A DNA stretch of 64,000 nucleotides from Longimicrobiales bacterium (GTDB taxonomy: Bacteria; Gemmatimonadota; Gemmatimonadetes; Longimicrobiales; Gaopeijiaceae). Each line of letters begins with the position of its first letter. The stretch's first letter is position 1. The DNA lies in assembly GCA_046704285.1 (NCBI GenBank), contig JBJKSF010000076.1:6666-70665 (forward strand), written 5' to 3'. The notes beneath the pieces are model-generated. The model saw nothing but the letters and a program-made list of their open reading frames with translations, had not been told where the DNA came from and did not search any database. Made by a program: the position numbers and the translations under genes. This document shows, one piece after another, positions 54,404 to 63,999 of this stretch.

Positions 54404-54805
54404 ATGGCCGGCCAAGAGACGAACCAGATCCAGAGCGTGGGGCGGCGCAAGACGGCCGTCGCGCGCGTGCTGCTCCGTCCCGGGACGGGCGAATGGACCG
54501 TGAACGGGCGGCCGCTCCCCGAGTACTTCCCGAGGGAGACCCACAGGATCCGCATCGAGGAGCCGTTGAGGGTGACGGGGCTCTCGGGCAGGTTCGACGT
54601 GCGGGTGAGGGTGAGGGGCGGCGGTCTGAGCGGCCAGGCGGACGCCGTGCGCATGGGGCTGGCCAGGGCGGTGGCGAGCCACGACGACGAGATGCGTCCG
54701 ACGTTGCGGGAGAAGGGGATGTTGACCCGGGACCCGCGCAAGGTCGAGCGGAAGAAGCCGGGGCGCCCGAAGGCGCGGAAGCGGTTCCAGTTCTCGAAGC
54801 GCTAG
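54404..54805 (+). CDS. rpsI: 30S ribosomal protein S9
   Basis: GRRKTAVARV.L.PG.G, GGGLSGQADAVRMGLARA, LTRDPR.VERKK.G..KARK..QFSKR. Confidence 0.95.
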   Translation: MAGQETNQIQSVGRRKTAVARVLLRPGTGEWTVNGRPLPEYFPRETHRIRIEEPLRVTGLSGRFDVRVRVRGGGLSGQADAVRMGLARAVASHDDEMRPTLREKGMLTRDPRKVERKKPGRPKARKRFQFSKR

Positions 54806-54864
54806 TCGCTTCGACCATCCTGATCGGGGCGTAATCGGCCCCACTTGAGTAGGGAAGATCGCGC

Positions 54865-55914
54865 ATGCAGGAAGTCGGCCTGAACGAGCTCCTCGAGGCC
54901 GGTGTCCATTTCGGGCACCAGACCCGTCGCTGGAACCCCAAGATGCGCCCGTACATCTTCACGGAGCGCAACGGGATCCACATCATCGACCTGCGCAAGA
55001 CGCTCGACCGCCTGCAGGCGGCCCAGCAGGCGGTGCGCGAGGTCGTCCTGCGCGGGGAACGCGTCCTCTTCGTATGCACGAAGAGGCAGCTCAGGAGCGT
55101 CGTCGAGCAGGAGGCGGGGCGCTGCGGCGCCTTCTTCGTGACGGAGCGCTGGCTGGGAGGCATGCTCACGAACTTCCAGACCATCCGCAAGCAGATCCGC
55201 CGCCTCAAGGAGTTGGAGCGCGGGCAGGAGGAGAACGCCTTCGAGTTCTACACCAAGAAGGAGCAGCTCCTCATCGAGCGCGAGCGGGTGAAGCTGGAGA
55301 AGTACCTGGGCGGCGTGAAGGACATGTCGCGGCTTCCCGGCGCGGTGTTCGTCGTGGACGCGAAGCGGGAGACGATCGCGGTGCGCGAGGCCTCACGGCT
55401 CGGGATTCCGGTGGTGGCCATCACGGATACGAACGCGGACCCCGATCCCATCGACTATCCCGTTCCGGGCAACGATGACGCGATCCGCTCGGTGAGCCTC
55501 ATCGCCGCTGCGATCGCGGACGCGATCGAGGTCGCTCGCAAGGAGGTTCCGGAGGAGGACCGGCGGCGCTCCGAGGAGGTCGAGGCGACGACGTACTCCA
55601 CGGAGACCGGAGAGACCACGGAGAAGGAGCGCCCGGCTCGGCGCCGCCCGCGCCGCAAGCGCCGGCCGCGTCCCGAGGTCATCGCGCAGCACCTCAAGGA
55701 GGACGAGGTGGAGGGGGAGGCGTCGTCCGGAGAGAGCGAGGCGCGGTCCGAGGCACGACCTGCCTCCGCTCCGGGACAGGGCGCGCCTCCCCGGAAGAAG
55801 CAGCCGAAGGGGGGCAAGAAGGGCCCGGGGGCGGGAGTTGCCGCGCAGGAGGCCCCGGGGACGCCCGAGGAGGGGGGGGGCGACGAGTCGACCGGAGCAG
55901 AGAGCGGCGCGTAG
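54865..55914 (+). CDS. rpsB: 30S ribosomal protein S2 with ~100-aa charged low-complexity C-terminal extension
   Basis: LLEAGVHFGHQTRRWNPKM..YIF..RNGIHIIDL and VVAITDTNADPD. The tail after about residue 245 is rich in E/R/K/G/P. Confidence 0.93.
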   Translation: MQEVGLNELLEAGVHFGHQTRRWNPKMRPYIFTERNGIHIIDLRKTLDRLQAAQQAVREVVLRGERVLFVCTKRQLRSVVEQEAGRCGAFFVTERWLGGMLTNFQTIRKQIRRLKELERGQEENAFEFYTKKEQLLIERERVKLEKYLGGVKDMSRLPGAVFVVDAKRETIAVREASRLGIPVVAITDTNADPDPIDYPVPGNDDAIRSVSLIAAAIADAIEVARKEVPEEDRRRSEEVEATTYSTETGETTEKERPARRRPRRKRRPRPEVIAQHLKEDEVEGEASSGESEARSEARPASAPGQGAPPRKKQPKGGKKGPGAGVAAQEAPGTPEEGGGDESTGAESGA

Positions 55915-56098
55915 GACCACGCAGCAAGATCCGGGCGAGCGGCCCGGCTCCGTATTCAGGTTCCGTCGAAGGCCCGCGAAACCTGTCCGAGGCGGCAGTC
56001 GGAACGAGGGTCTCCCTCGCTCCCTCCGCCTCTTTTCATGGCCCTCGAAGGGCCCGTCGAGTTCGAAGACACGCAGCGGAACGGATCGGCAGGGAACG

Positions 56099-56695
56099 AT
56101 GATCAGCGCCAGCGATGTGAAAGAGCTCCGCGACCGCACGGGCGCGGGGATGATGGACTGCAAGCGGGCCCTCCAGGAGACCGGCGGGGACATGGAGAAG
56201 GCCGTGGACTTCCTGCGAGCGCACGGCGCGGCCAAGGCCGCCAAGCGCTCCGAGAAGTCGGCCAACGAGGGCACGATCGGCAGCTACGTCCACTTCGACG
56301 GACGCACCGCCGTCATCGTCGAGCTGAACTGCGAGACCGATTTCGTCGCCAACACGGACGACTTCCGGGCACTGGCCAAGGACCTGGCGATGCACATCGC
56401 GTCCGCGGCTCCCCTGGCGGTGTCGAAGGACGACGTTCCTGCCGAGGTGGTCGAGCGGGAGCGCTCCATCTACCTGCAGCAGGTCGAGGAGGAGGGCAAG
56501 CCGGCGCAGATCGCCGAGAGAATCGTGGAGGGCAGGCTCCGCAAGTTCTTCGAGGAGAGCACGCTGCTCGCCCAGCCCTTCGTCAAGGATTCAGAAAGGA
56601 CCGTCGAGCAGCTCATCACGGAGGTCTCGGCCAAGACGGGCGAGAAGATCCGGGTGGCCCGCTTCGCGCGGTTCAAGGTCGGAGAGCGCGGCTGA
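56099..56695 (+). CDS. tsf: Translation elongation factor Ts (short form)
   Basis: [33 protein letters not shown] and [11 protein letters not shown]. Confidence 0.93.
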   Translation: MISASDVKELRDRTGAGMMDCKRALQETGGDMEKAVDFLRAHGAAKAAKRSEKSANEGTIGSYVHFDGRTAVIVELNCETDFVANTDDFRALAKDLAMHIASAAPLAVSKDDVPAEVVERERSIYLQQVEEEGKPAQIAERIVEGRLRKFFEESTLLAQPFVKDSERTVEQLITEVSAKTGEKIRVARFARFKVGERG

Positions 56696-56727
56696 GCGTT
56701 CCCGAGGCCCCGAGGGGAGGCCGAACG

Positions 56728-57453
56728 ATGAAGGAACGGTCCGGAGCGCCCAGATACGGGCGGGTGCTGCTCAAGCTGTCGGGCGAGGCTCTGGCGGGAG
56801 ACCTCGGCTTCGGCATCGAGCCCTCCGTGGTGGACCGGCTGACCGACGAGATCCGCGGCGTGGCGGAGACGGGCATCGCCCTGGGCGTCGTGATCGGCGG
56901 CGGCAACATCGTGCGCGGCTCCCTCGCTTCCCGACAGGGGATGGACCGCGTGCAGGCGGACTACATGGGAATGCTCGCCACGGTGATCAACGCCCTTGCC
57001 GTCCAGGATCTGCTGGAGAACAAGGGCGTCGAGACCCGGGTGATGACCGCGATCCGCATGGAGCAGATCGCGGAGCCCTACATCCGGCGGCGCGCCATGC
57101 GCCACATGGAGAAGGGCCGCGTCGTCATCTTCGCGGGTGGGACGGGCAACCCCTACTTCTCGACCGACACGGCGGCCGCCCTGCGGGCCATCGAGATGGA
57201 GGCCGACGTGGTCATCAAGGCCACCAAGGTCAGGGGCGTGTTCAGCGCCGATCCCGCCAAGGACCCCGAGGCCGAGTTCATCCCGAGCATCTCGTTCCAG
57301 GAGGTGGTGGCGCGCGAGCTCGCCGTGATGGACGCCCCCGCCGTGTCCCTGTGCAAGGAGAACGCCCTTCCGATCATCGTGCTGAACCCGGAGGAGGGCG
57401 GCGTGATCTCGGCGGCCATCCGTGGTGAGCGGGTCGGCACCCTTGTATCGTAG
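56728..57453 (+). CDS. pyrH: UMP kinase
   Basis: [55 protein letters not shown]. Confidence 0.95.
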   Translation: MKERSGAPRYGRVLLKLSGEALAGDLGFGIEPSVVDRLTDEIRGVAETGIALGVVIGGGNIVRGSLASRQGMDRVQADYMGMLATVINALAVQDLLENKGVETRVMTAIRMEQIAEPYIRRRAMRHMEKGRVVIFAGGTGNPYFSTDTAAALRAIEMEADVVIKATKVRGVFSADPAKDPEAEFIPSISFQEVVARELAVMDAPAVSLCKENALPIIVLNPEEGGVISAAIRGERVGTLVS

Positions 57454-57529
57454 GAGGACCCGGGCGTCGCGGCGGCCATGGACGGCTGTTGACGCGAGCC
57501 AGGTTCCTCGTTCCACGTAGGAGAATCCG

Positions 57530-58081
57530 ATGCCGACGGTGGAAGACGCCAGGCGGCGCATGGAGGAGGCCCTTGAGGCCATGCGCCGTGAGTTCGCTAC
57601 GGTCCGGACCGGCAAGGCGTCGCCGGCGCTGCTGGACACGGTGCGCGTGGAGGCGTACGGGTCCAAGATGCCCCTCAACCAGGTTGCGACGATCCATGCG
57701 CCCGACCCCGGCCTGCTCGTCGTGCAGCCCTTCGACAAGAGCCTGATGGGGTCCGTCGAGAAGGCGATCCTCACGGCGGATCTCGGGCTGAACCCCTCGA
57801 ACGACGGCAACGTGGTCCGGGTGCCGGTGCCTCCGCTCAACGAGGAGCGGCGCAAGGAGTACGTGAAGCTGCTCCACAAGATGGCGGAGGAAGGCCGCGT
57901 CTCCCTGCGCCAGGCGCGCCGGGTCGTGCGCGACGAGCTGCACGCCCTGGTGAAGGAGCACGAGATCGGGGAGGACGAGGCCCACCGACGGGAGGAGGCT
58001 CTCGAGAAGCTCACCCAGGAGTACGCCGACAAGGTCGAGGAGCTTCTCGGGCACAAGGAAGCGGAGATCATGGCCGTTTGA
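57530..58081 (+). CDS. frr: Ribosome recycling factor
   Basis: RTGKASPALLD.V.VEAYGS..PLNQVA, P.LNEERRKE.VK. Confidence 0.95.
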   Translation: MPTVEDARRRMEEALEAMRREFATVRTGKASPALLDTVRVEAYGSKMPLNQVATIHAPDPGLLVVQPFDKSLMGSVEKAILTADLGLNPSNDGNVVRVPVPPLNEERRKEYVKLLHKMAEEGRVSLRQARRVVRDELHALVKEHEIGEDEAHRREEALEKLTQEYADKVEELLGHKEAEIMAV

Positions 58082-58104
58082 GCGGGCTGTGATCTCCACC
58101 GCCC

Positions 58105-58848
58105 ATGGGCTCCGAGCTTCTCGATCGCATTCGTCCGAACGGCGACGTGCCGCACCACGTGGCCGTCATCATGGACGGGAACGGACGCTGGGCCCGGCAG
58201 CGCGGACTGCCGCGTCACCTGGGCCACGCCGAAGGCATGAAAGCGGTACGGGGGTGCATCGAGGCGGCGGGCGAGGTGGGCATCGGGATCCTGACCCTTT
58301 TCGCCTTCTCCACCGAGAACTGGCAGCGGCCGCGCACGGAGGTGTCGGCCTTGATGGGGCTCCTCCAGCGCTACGCGCGCCGCGAGCGGGAGGAGCTGAG
58401 GCGCAAGGGGGTGGAGGTCCGCGTGCTCGGGGAGCTGGACCGGGTGGATCCCCAGACGCGCAAGGCGGTCGATGCGATCGTCGAAGGCACGCGCGGAGGC
58501 GACAAGCTGCGGCTGAACCTCATGATCTCGTACGGCGGCCGGGAGGAGATCCTGCGTGCCACGCGTGTCCTGGCACGAAGGGTCGCAGCGGGCGAAATGG
58601 AACTGGGTGAGATCGACGAGGCGGCGTTCGGTGGCGCGCTGTTCACGGCGGGGCTCCCGGATCCCGACCTGCTCATCCGCACCTCGGGCGAGTACCGAGT
58701 GAGCAACTTCATGCTGTGGCAGCTCGCGTACACCGAGCTCCACATCTCGCCCGTCCTGTGGCCCGACTTCAGGCCGGAGCACCTGTACAGGGCGGTCCTC
58801 GACTACCAGCAGCGCGAGCGCCGCTTCGGGCGCCTGCCCACCCCGTGA
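58105..58848 (+). CDS. uppS: Isoprenyl transferase (undecaprenyl-diphosphate synthase)
   Basis: HVAVIMDGNGRWA, LFAFSTENWQRP, DLLIRTSGEYRVSNFMLWQLAYTEL. Confidence 0.95.
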   Translation: MGSELLDRIRPNGDVPHHVAVIMDGNGRWARQRGLPRHLGHAEGMKAVRGCIEAAGEVGIGILTLFAFSTENWQRPRTEVSALMGLLQRYARREREELRRKGVEVRVLGELDRVDPQTRKAVDAIVEGTRGGDKLRLNLMISYGGREEILRATRVLARRVAAGEMELGEIDEAAFGGALFTAGLPDPDLLIRTSGEYRVSNFMLWQLAYTELHISPVLWPDFRPEHLYRAVLDYQQRERRFGRLPTP

Positions 58849-58899
58849 GCCACCGGTCGCGAGGACCGCGCGTGGGGTGTCTGCGCACAGGAGCCGCCC

Positions 58900-59787
58900 G
58901 TGCGTCCCACTGACCTGTCCCGTCGCATGACGGTCGTGTTCATCGGCGTTCCAGTGGTCGTCGCGATCCTCTACTTCGGGGGGTGGGTGCTGAGCGTGCC
59001 CCTGGCGCTGCTGGCCGCCCAGGCGACCTCGGAGACCTACGACATGGTGGAGGCGACGGGCGCGCGTCCGTTCCGCTGGATCGGCACGTTCGTGGGCGGC
59101 GCGCTGGTCCTCCTGGCGTCGGCGCATCCCACGTTCAGGTCCATGGCGCCCTGGATGCTCGGCACCATCGCCGCGCTGCTCGCGGTGACGCTCGCGGCGG
59201 CCATGGTGACGCGGTGGCCTGAAGGGAAGCCACTGGGCGCGGTGGCGACCACATTGTTCGGCGCCCTGTACGGGGGGCTCGCCCTGGCCTTCGTGCCCTT
59301 GCTGCGCTCGCTTCCCCTCCGCCTGGGCTGGCAGGCGGCAGGGTCCTCGCCGTGGGCGGGCGTCGTCGTGGTCGCCCTTCCTGTGGCGACGACCTGGATC
59401 GGGGATGGGGCGGCGTACTTCGCGGGCGCGGCCTGGGGGCACACGCGGCTCGCGCCGCGTCTGAGCCCGGGAAAGACGCGGGCGGGCGCGTACGGCGGGC
59501 TGATCGCGTCCGGTGTGACGGGCGGGCTGTGGTACCTGATCGCACGCCGGTGGGTACCGGGACTGCCGCTGCACAGCGTGACCACGGCGGCGGGCCTGGG
59601 ACTGATGCTCGGGCTCGTGGGGCAGATCGGAGACCTCGTCGAGTCGCTGCTCAAGCGGGAGGCGGGCGTGAAGAACTCGGGGAACCTGTTCCCCGGCCAC
59701 GGGGGAGTCCTGGACCGGACGGACTCCCTGATCTTCGCGCTGCCGGCCGCGTACGTGCTGCTCCTCGTCGCGGGACTGCTCGCATGA
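58900..59787 (+). CDS. cdsA: Phosphatidate cytidylyltransferase
   Basis: A multi-TM protein with the C-terminal signature SPGKTRAG..GG and DLVESLLKREAGVKNSGNLFPGHGGVLDRTDS. The start is GTG 58900 or ATG 58927. Confidence 0.9.
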   Translation: MRPTDLSRRMTVVFIGVPVVVAILYFGGWVLSVPLALLAAQATSETYDMVEATGARPFRWIGTFVGGALVLLASAHPTFRSMAPWMLGTIAALLAVTLAAAMVTRWPEGKPLGAVATTLFGALYGGLALAFVPLLRSLPLRLGWQAAGSSPWAGVVVVALPVATTWIGDGAAYFAGAAWGHTRLAPRLSPGKTRAGAYGGLIASGVTGGLWYLIARRWVPGLPLHSVTTAAGLGLMLGLVGQIGDLVESLLKREAGVKNSGNLFPGHGGVLDRTDSLIFALPAAYVLLLVAGLLA

Positions 59788-60962
59788 TCCGCGTCGCGGT
59801 CCTCGGCTCGACGGGCTCGATCGGACGGAGCACGCTGGAGGTGATCCGCCGCCACTCCGACCGGTTCTCCGTCGTGGTGCTGGCGGCTCACCGCCGGGCC
59901 GAGCTGCTGCGCGAGCAGGTCGCGGCGTTCCGGCCACGGGTCGCCGTCCTGGCCGACGGGACGGGCTCTGCCGGTCGAGGGGAGACGGGCTGGAGCTTCG
60001 GGCGGGAGGCGCTCCTGGACGCCGCGGGACGGGAGGACGTCGACGTGGTGGTCAACGGGGTCGTCGGCGCTGCGGGCCTCGGGGTCACGCTGCGCGCCCT
60101 GGAGGCGGGCAAGCGGCTGGCGCTGGCGAACAAGGAGTCGCTGGTGGCTGGTGGACCCCTCGTGTTGGAGGCGCGCGAGCGCGGCGGCGGCGAGCTCGTG
60201 CCGATCGACTCCGAACACAGCGCCATCCTGCAGTGTCTCGCCGGGCGCGACCGCGAAAGCGTGAGCCGCCTGATCCTGACCGCCTCGGGGGGGCCGTTCC
60301 GGGGACGGGACCGGCGCTCGCTGCGGGACGTGCAACCGGCGGAGGCGCTCAACCATCCCACGTGGGACATGGGAGCGAAGATCACGATCGACTCGGCCAC
60401 GCTGGCCAACAAGGCGCTCGAGGTCATCGAGGCGCACCATCTCTACGGCCTCGGGTACGACCGCATCCGGGCCGTCGTGCATCCGCAGTCGATCGTGCAC
60501 TCGCTGGTGGAGTTCGTGGACGGGTCGGTCCTCGCCCAGTTGGGTTTTCCCACGATGGAGCTGCCGATCCTCTACGCGTTGACCTATCCCGAGCGCGTGG
60601 CGGACGCGGGCTTGCGCACCTACGACCCCGTGCGGGCCTCACCGCTCACGTTCGAGGAGGTGGACGGCGACGCGTTCCCGCTCTTCGATCTGGGTGTGGA
60701 GGCCGGGCGGCGGGGAGGTACGGCTCCTGCGGTGTACAACGCGGGCAACGAGGTGGCGGTGACGGCGTTTCTGGAGCGTCGCATCCGCTTTCCGGAGATG
60801 GCGGACGTGGTGCACGCGGCGCTCCGGGACGCGGACGGGTCCGGTTCGGGCCGTGGGGCGGTGAGCCTCGAGGACGTGCTGGCGGCCGACGCCGCGGCCC
60901 GCGAGATCGCCGCGGCGGCGGTCGGGCGCCTCGATCAGACAAGGAGCGGAGCGGGGGAATGA
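59784..60962 (+). CDS. dxr: 1-deoxy-D-xylulose-5-phosphate reductoisomerase
   Basis: VAVLGSTGSIG.ST, LANKESLV, DSEHSA, and NHP.W.MG.KITIDSAT..NK.LE.IEA. Its ATG overlaps the cdsA stop. Confidence 0.95.
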   Translation: MIRVAVLGSTGSIGRSTLEVIRRHSDRFSVVVLAAHRRAELLREQVAAFRPRVAVLADGTGSAGRGETGWSFGREALLDAAGREDVDVVVNGVVGAAGLGVTLRALEAGKRLALANKESLVAGGPLVLEARERGGGELVPIDSEHSAILQCLAGRDRESVSRLILTASGGPFRGRDRRSLRDVQPAEALNHPTWDMGAKITIDSATLANKALEVIEAHHLYGLGYDRIRAVVHPQSIVHSLVEFVDGSVLAQLGFPTMELPILYALTYPERVADAGLRTYDPVRASPLTFEEVDGDAFPLFDLGVEAGRRGGTAPAVYNAGNEVAVTAFLERRIRFPEMADVVHAALRDADGSGSGRGAVSLEDVLAADAAAREIAAAAVGRLDQTRSGAGE

Positions 60963-62314
60963 CGATCCTGGCGACGGTGATCGTGCTCGGCGTGCTCATC
61001 TTCGTGCACGAGTTCGGGCACTTCATGGCCGCGAAGGCGGTGGGCGTCGAGGTGCAGCGGTTCTCGATCGGCCTCGGGCCCCGGGTGTGGGGCTTCACGC
61101 GGGGCGAGACGGAGTACGTCCTCAGCATGGTCCCGCTCGGGGGCTACGTGAAGATGGGCGGCATGGACGACGAGATCCTCGAGCGCATCGAGGGCGGCGG
61201 CTCCGGGGAGCCGCGGATCCCGGGCCCTCGCGATTTCGACGCCAAGCCCATCTGGGCGCGCGCCCTGGTGGTCTCGGCCGGGGTGATCATGAACATGATC
61301 TTCGCGTTCGCCGTCTACACGTTCGTGACCGCGTACTGGGGGGTGCCCCAGCTCGACACCACGCGGGTGGGCCAGGTCGACGCGCAGTCGCTGCCGGCCG
61401 GCGCGCAGAGCCTGGCGTCGATCGAGCCGGGCGCGCGCATCGTCAGCATCGGTGGCCACGCAGTCGCCAACTGGGGCGACATCCGGAGGCAGCTGCTCCA
61501 TGCGACGCCCGGCCCGCTCACGGTCCGGACCACGGACCCGGGTGGCAGCGTCACGGTCCAGGTGCCCGACACGCGCCCCGGCCGGCGAGTGCTCGCCGCG
61601 GCCCTCATGCCGTGGGTGGACGCGGGCGTGGGAGCGGTCGAGCCCGGATCGCCCGCCGAGAAGGCGGGCATCCAGGCGGGCGACCGCATCCTCGCGGTCG
61701 ACGGCGTGGCCGTGCACAACTGGTGGGAGTTCGTCGCCCAGATCCAGGAACGCCCCGGACAGACGGTGGCGCTCAGCCTGCTGCGGGACGGACACCGCAT
61801 CGTCCGGCCCGTGACGCTCGAAAGCGAGACCCAGCAAGCCTCGGGCGGGAAGAGCGAACGGATCGGGAAGGTGGGCATCTACCAGCCCGTGGGCGCCTAC
61901 TCCTACGCACCGGTCCCGCTGGGGGAGTCCTTCGTCGAGGGCTACCGTCAGACCGTGGCGGTGACGGGCATGATCCTCCAGTTCTTGCGCAATCTGGTGA
62001 CCGGCCACGTGTCGCCCCGCTCGGTCGGCAGCATCATCACGATCGGGCAGCTGTCCGGACAGGCCGCCGCTGAAGGCCTGTCCGCGTTCCTGTCGTTCAT
62101 GGCGCTGTTCAGCATCGACCTGGCCATCCTCAACCTCCTGCCCATCCCGATCCTGGACGGCGGACACCTGCTCTTCCTCGGCATCGAGGCGGTACGGGGT
62201 CGCGCGCTCTCGATCGAGCAGCGGCTGCGATGGAGCAACGTGGGCCTCATCATCATCGCAGGCATCATGCTCTGGGCTCTCTCCAACGACTTCATGAGGC
62301 TGCTGGGAAGGTAG
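60959..62314 (+). CDS. rseP: RIP metalloprotease RseP (site-2 protease)
   Basis: HEFGHF zinc motif near the N-terminus, PDZ region (GSPAEKAGIQAGDRILAVDG), and the C-terminal NLLPIPILDGGH. Its ATG overlaps the dxr stop. Confidence 0.93.
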   Translation: MTILATVIVLGVLIFVHEFGHFMAAKAVGVEVQRFSIGLGPRVWGFTRGETEYVLSMVPLGGYVKMGGMDDEILERIEGGGSGEPRIPGPRDFDAKPIWARALVVSAGVIMNMIFAFAVYTFVTAYWGVPQLDTTRVGQVDAQSLPAGAQSLASIEPGARIVSIGGHAVANWGDIRRQLLHATPGPLTVRTTDPGGSVTVQVPDTRPGRRVLAAALMPWVDAGVGAVEPGSPAEKAGIQAGDRILAVDGVAVHNWWEFVAQIQERPGQTVALSLLRDGHRIVRPVTLESETQQASGGKSERIGKVGIYQPVGAYSYAPVPLGESFVEGYRQTVAVTGMILQFLRNLVTGHVSPRSVGSIITIGQLSGQAAAEGLSAFLSFMALFSIDLAILNLLPIPILDGGHLLFLGIEAVRGRALSIEQRLRWSNVGLIIIAGIMLWALSNDFMRLLGR

Positions 62315-62424
62315 GGGCGCCGGCCCGGGTCGGGGATTTCCCGACGGCGGGGGCGGCGAGAGGGCTGCTACGTTTCCGTGAATCGGGCCTCGCCCGCCGC
62401 ACCACCCTTCACGGAAGAACCTCG

Positions 62425-63999
62425 ATGAGCCGTCCGAGCCTCGTCGCCGAGCCGCACAAGATCAAGACCGTCCGGCTGCTCTCCTTCCCGGGTCAGGAGG
62501 AGCGCAAGAAGCACCTCGCCCGGGCCCGCTTCAACGTCTTCAACCTCACTCCGTCCGAGATCGTCTTCGACATGGGATCGACGGGGACGAGCGCGTCGAG
62601 CCAGGAGCAGCTCGCCGGCCAGCTGCTGGGCGACGAGGCGTACGCGGGGAGCCGGAACTTCGAGAGGTTGCAGGCGGCCGCCGCCGAGGTGCTCGGGCAC
62701 GGCTACGTCTGCCCCACGCACAACATCCTCGGGTGCATCAAGCTCATCGTGTCCACCATGGTCCCGAAGGGCTCGGTGGTCCCGAGCAACGGGAGGGACC
62801 GGTGGGACGTGCTCGTGCCGCGCGAGGTCGAGGTCGTGGACGTGCGCGACCGCTCGGAGCCGGTCTTCACGGGCGACATCGACCTGGCCGGCCTGGAGCA
62901 GGCGCTCGGCGGCGGACGCGTCGCGCTCATCGACCTGCAGGCCTTCGCGGATGGCCAGCATCCGTTCAGCCTGCGCAACCTGCGCGAGGTGCGCCACCTG
63001 GCCGACCGCTTCGGGGTGCGGCTGGTTCTCGACGGCTCCCGGATCATCGAGAACGCCTGGTACATCCAGCGGCACGAGCCGGGGCAGGCCGACCGCTCCA
63101 TCGCGACGCTCGTGCGCCAGATCGTCAAGACGAGCCACATCGTCCAGATGGACGGGGCCCAGGATCCCAAGTGTCACGCGGGTGGCTTGCTCACGACCGA
63201 CAATCCCGACGACCACGAGAGGTTCATGAACGAGGTCGTCGTCTTCGAGGGGCTCCACACGTACGGTGGGATGGCCGGGCGCACGATGGAGGTGCTGGCC
63301 CGCGGGTTGGTCGAGATGGTGGACGAGAACGAGGTCCACTGGGTCATGCACCAGACCGAGCGCTTCACCCAGCGGTTGCGCGACGCCGGGGTTCCCCTGG
63401 AGCGAGGCTGCGACGGCGCCTACATCCGGGCCAACGCGTTCCTGCCCCAGGCGCCCGAGACCGCGCGGGACACGTTCTCCGCGGCCCTCTACCTGCTGTC
63501 CGGCATCCGCGCCGTGGCGCCGCACCGGAAGGGCTCCGAGGGGCTGGTGCCGGTCCAGATCCCCAGGCTGGCGCTCACGAACGAGCAGCTCGACCAGATC
63601 GCCGACGCGATCGTGTCGCTCCACCGCCAATCGGAGCGCGTTCCACCGCTCCAGGTCGCTCAGCGCGGGGACTGGCGTGACGAGATGGCCTACCGCTGGG
63701 TCTTCCCCGACCTGGAGCCCTTCGAGTTCGATACGTTTCCTTACCAGATCCACACGGTCGAGCACGTCGGCTCGCTCACCCGGGGGCAGCGCGAGGAAGC
63801 CATCCGGCAGGCGGGGTACAACACGTTCCTGCTCCCCTCGGCGGACGTGACGATCGATCTGCTCACGGACTCCGGCACGTCGGCCATGAGCACGGACCAG
63901 TGGGCCGCGTACGAAGGCGCGCGCGCGAGCGCGGCCACCAGCGACGAGTACGCAAGGCTCGACGCGGCGCTCAAGGACGCCTTCGGGTACGAGCACAAC
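62425..63999 (+). CDS. Tandem tryptophanase/tyrosine phenol-lyase-like (beta-eliminating lyase family) protein, 3'-truncated by window end
   Basis: My own translation of frame 1 is open from ATG 62425 to the window end; it is absent from the ORF track because it has no stop. Copy 1 (about 430 aa) shows EPHKIKTV, GDEAYAGSRNF, LDGSRIIENAWYIQ, GGLL and TYGGMAG. Copy 2 starts near 63715 with REEAIRQAGYNTFLLPSADVTIDLLTDSGTSAMS...FGYEH. The 542-aa minus-strand ORF 62368..63996 is its shadow. Confidence 0.8.
   Translation, partial: MSRPSLVAEPHKIKTVRLLSFPGQEERKKHLARARFNVFNLTPSEIVFDMGSTGTSASSQEQLAGQLLGDEAYAGSRNFERLQAAAAEVLGHGYVCPTHNILGCIKLIVSTMVPKGSVVPSNGRDRWDVLVPREVEVVDVRDRSEPVFTGDIDLAGLEQALGGGRVALIDLQAFADGQHPFSLRNLREVRHLADRFGVRLVLDGSRIIENAWYIQRHEPGQADRSIATLVRQIVKTSHIVQMDGAQDPKCHAGGLLTTDNPDDHERFMNEVVVFEGLHTYGGMAGRTMEVLARGLVEMVDENEVHWVMHQTERFTQRLRDAGVPLERGCDGAYIRANAFLPQAPETARDTFSAALYLLSGIRAVAPHRKGSEGLVPVQIPRLALTNEQLDQIADAIVSLHRQSERVPPLQVAQRGDWRDEMAYRWVFPDLEPFEFDTFPYQIHTVEHVGSLTRGQREEAIRQAGYNTFLLPSADVTIDLLTDSGTSAMSTDQWAAYEGARASAATSDEYARLDAALKDAFGYEHN

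Noticed and set aside
55915-56098. Possible tRNA or structured RNA in the 184-nt rpsB-tsf spacer (GAGTTCGAAGAC resembles a T-loop)
   Set aside because: No acceptor, D or anticodon arm can be built around it. Only a short hairpin (GGCCCT-CGA-AGGGCC) is present.
56470-59937. 1155-aa minus-strand ORF spanning the pyrH-frr-uppS-cdsA-dxr region
   Set aside because: It lies antisense to five confidently recognised plus-strand genes. The translation is Arg/Pro/Gly/Ala-rich with no motifs, which is typical of a shadow ORF in stop-codon-poor, very GC-rich DNA.
62368-63996. 542-aa minus-strand ORF, the only long ORF the track offers for this region
   Set aside because: The plus-strand frame 1 has no stop and so was not listed in the track. 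It translates into a clear beta-eliminating-lyase sequence, and the minus ORF is its shadow.
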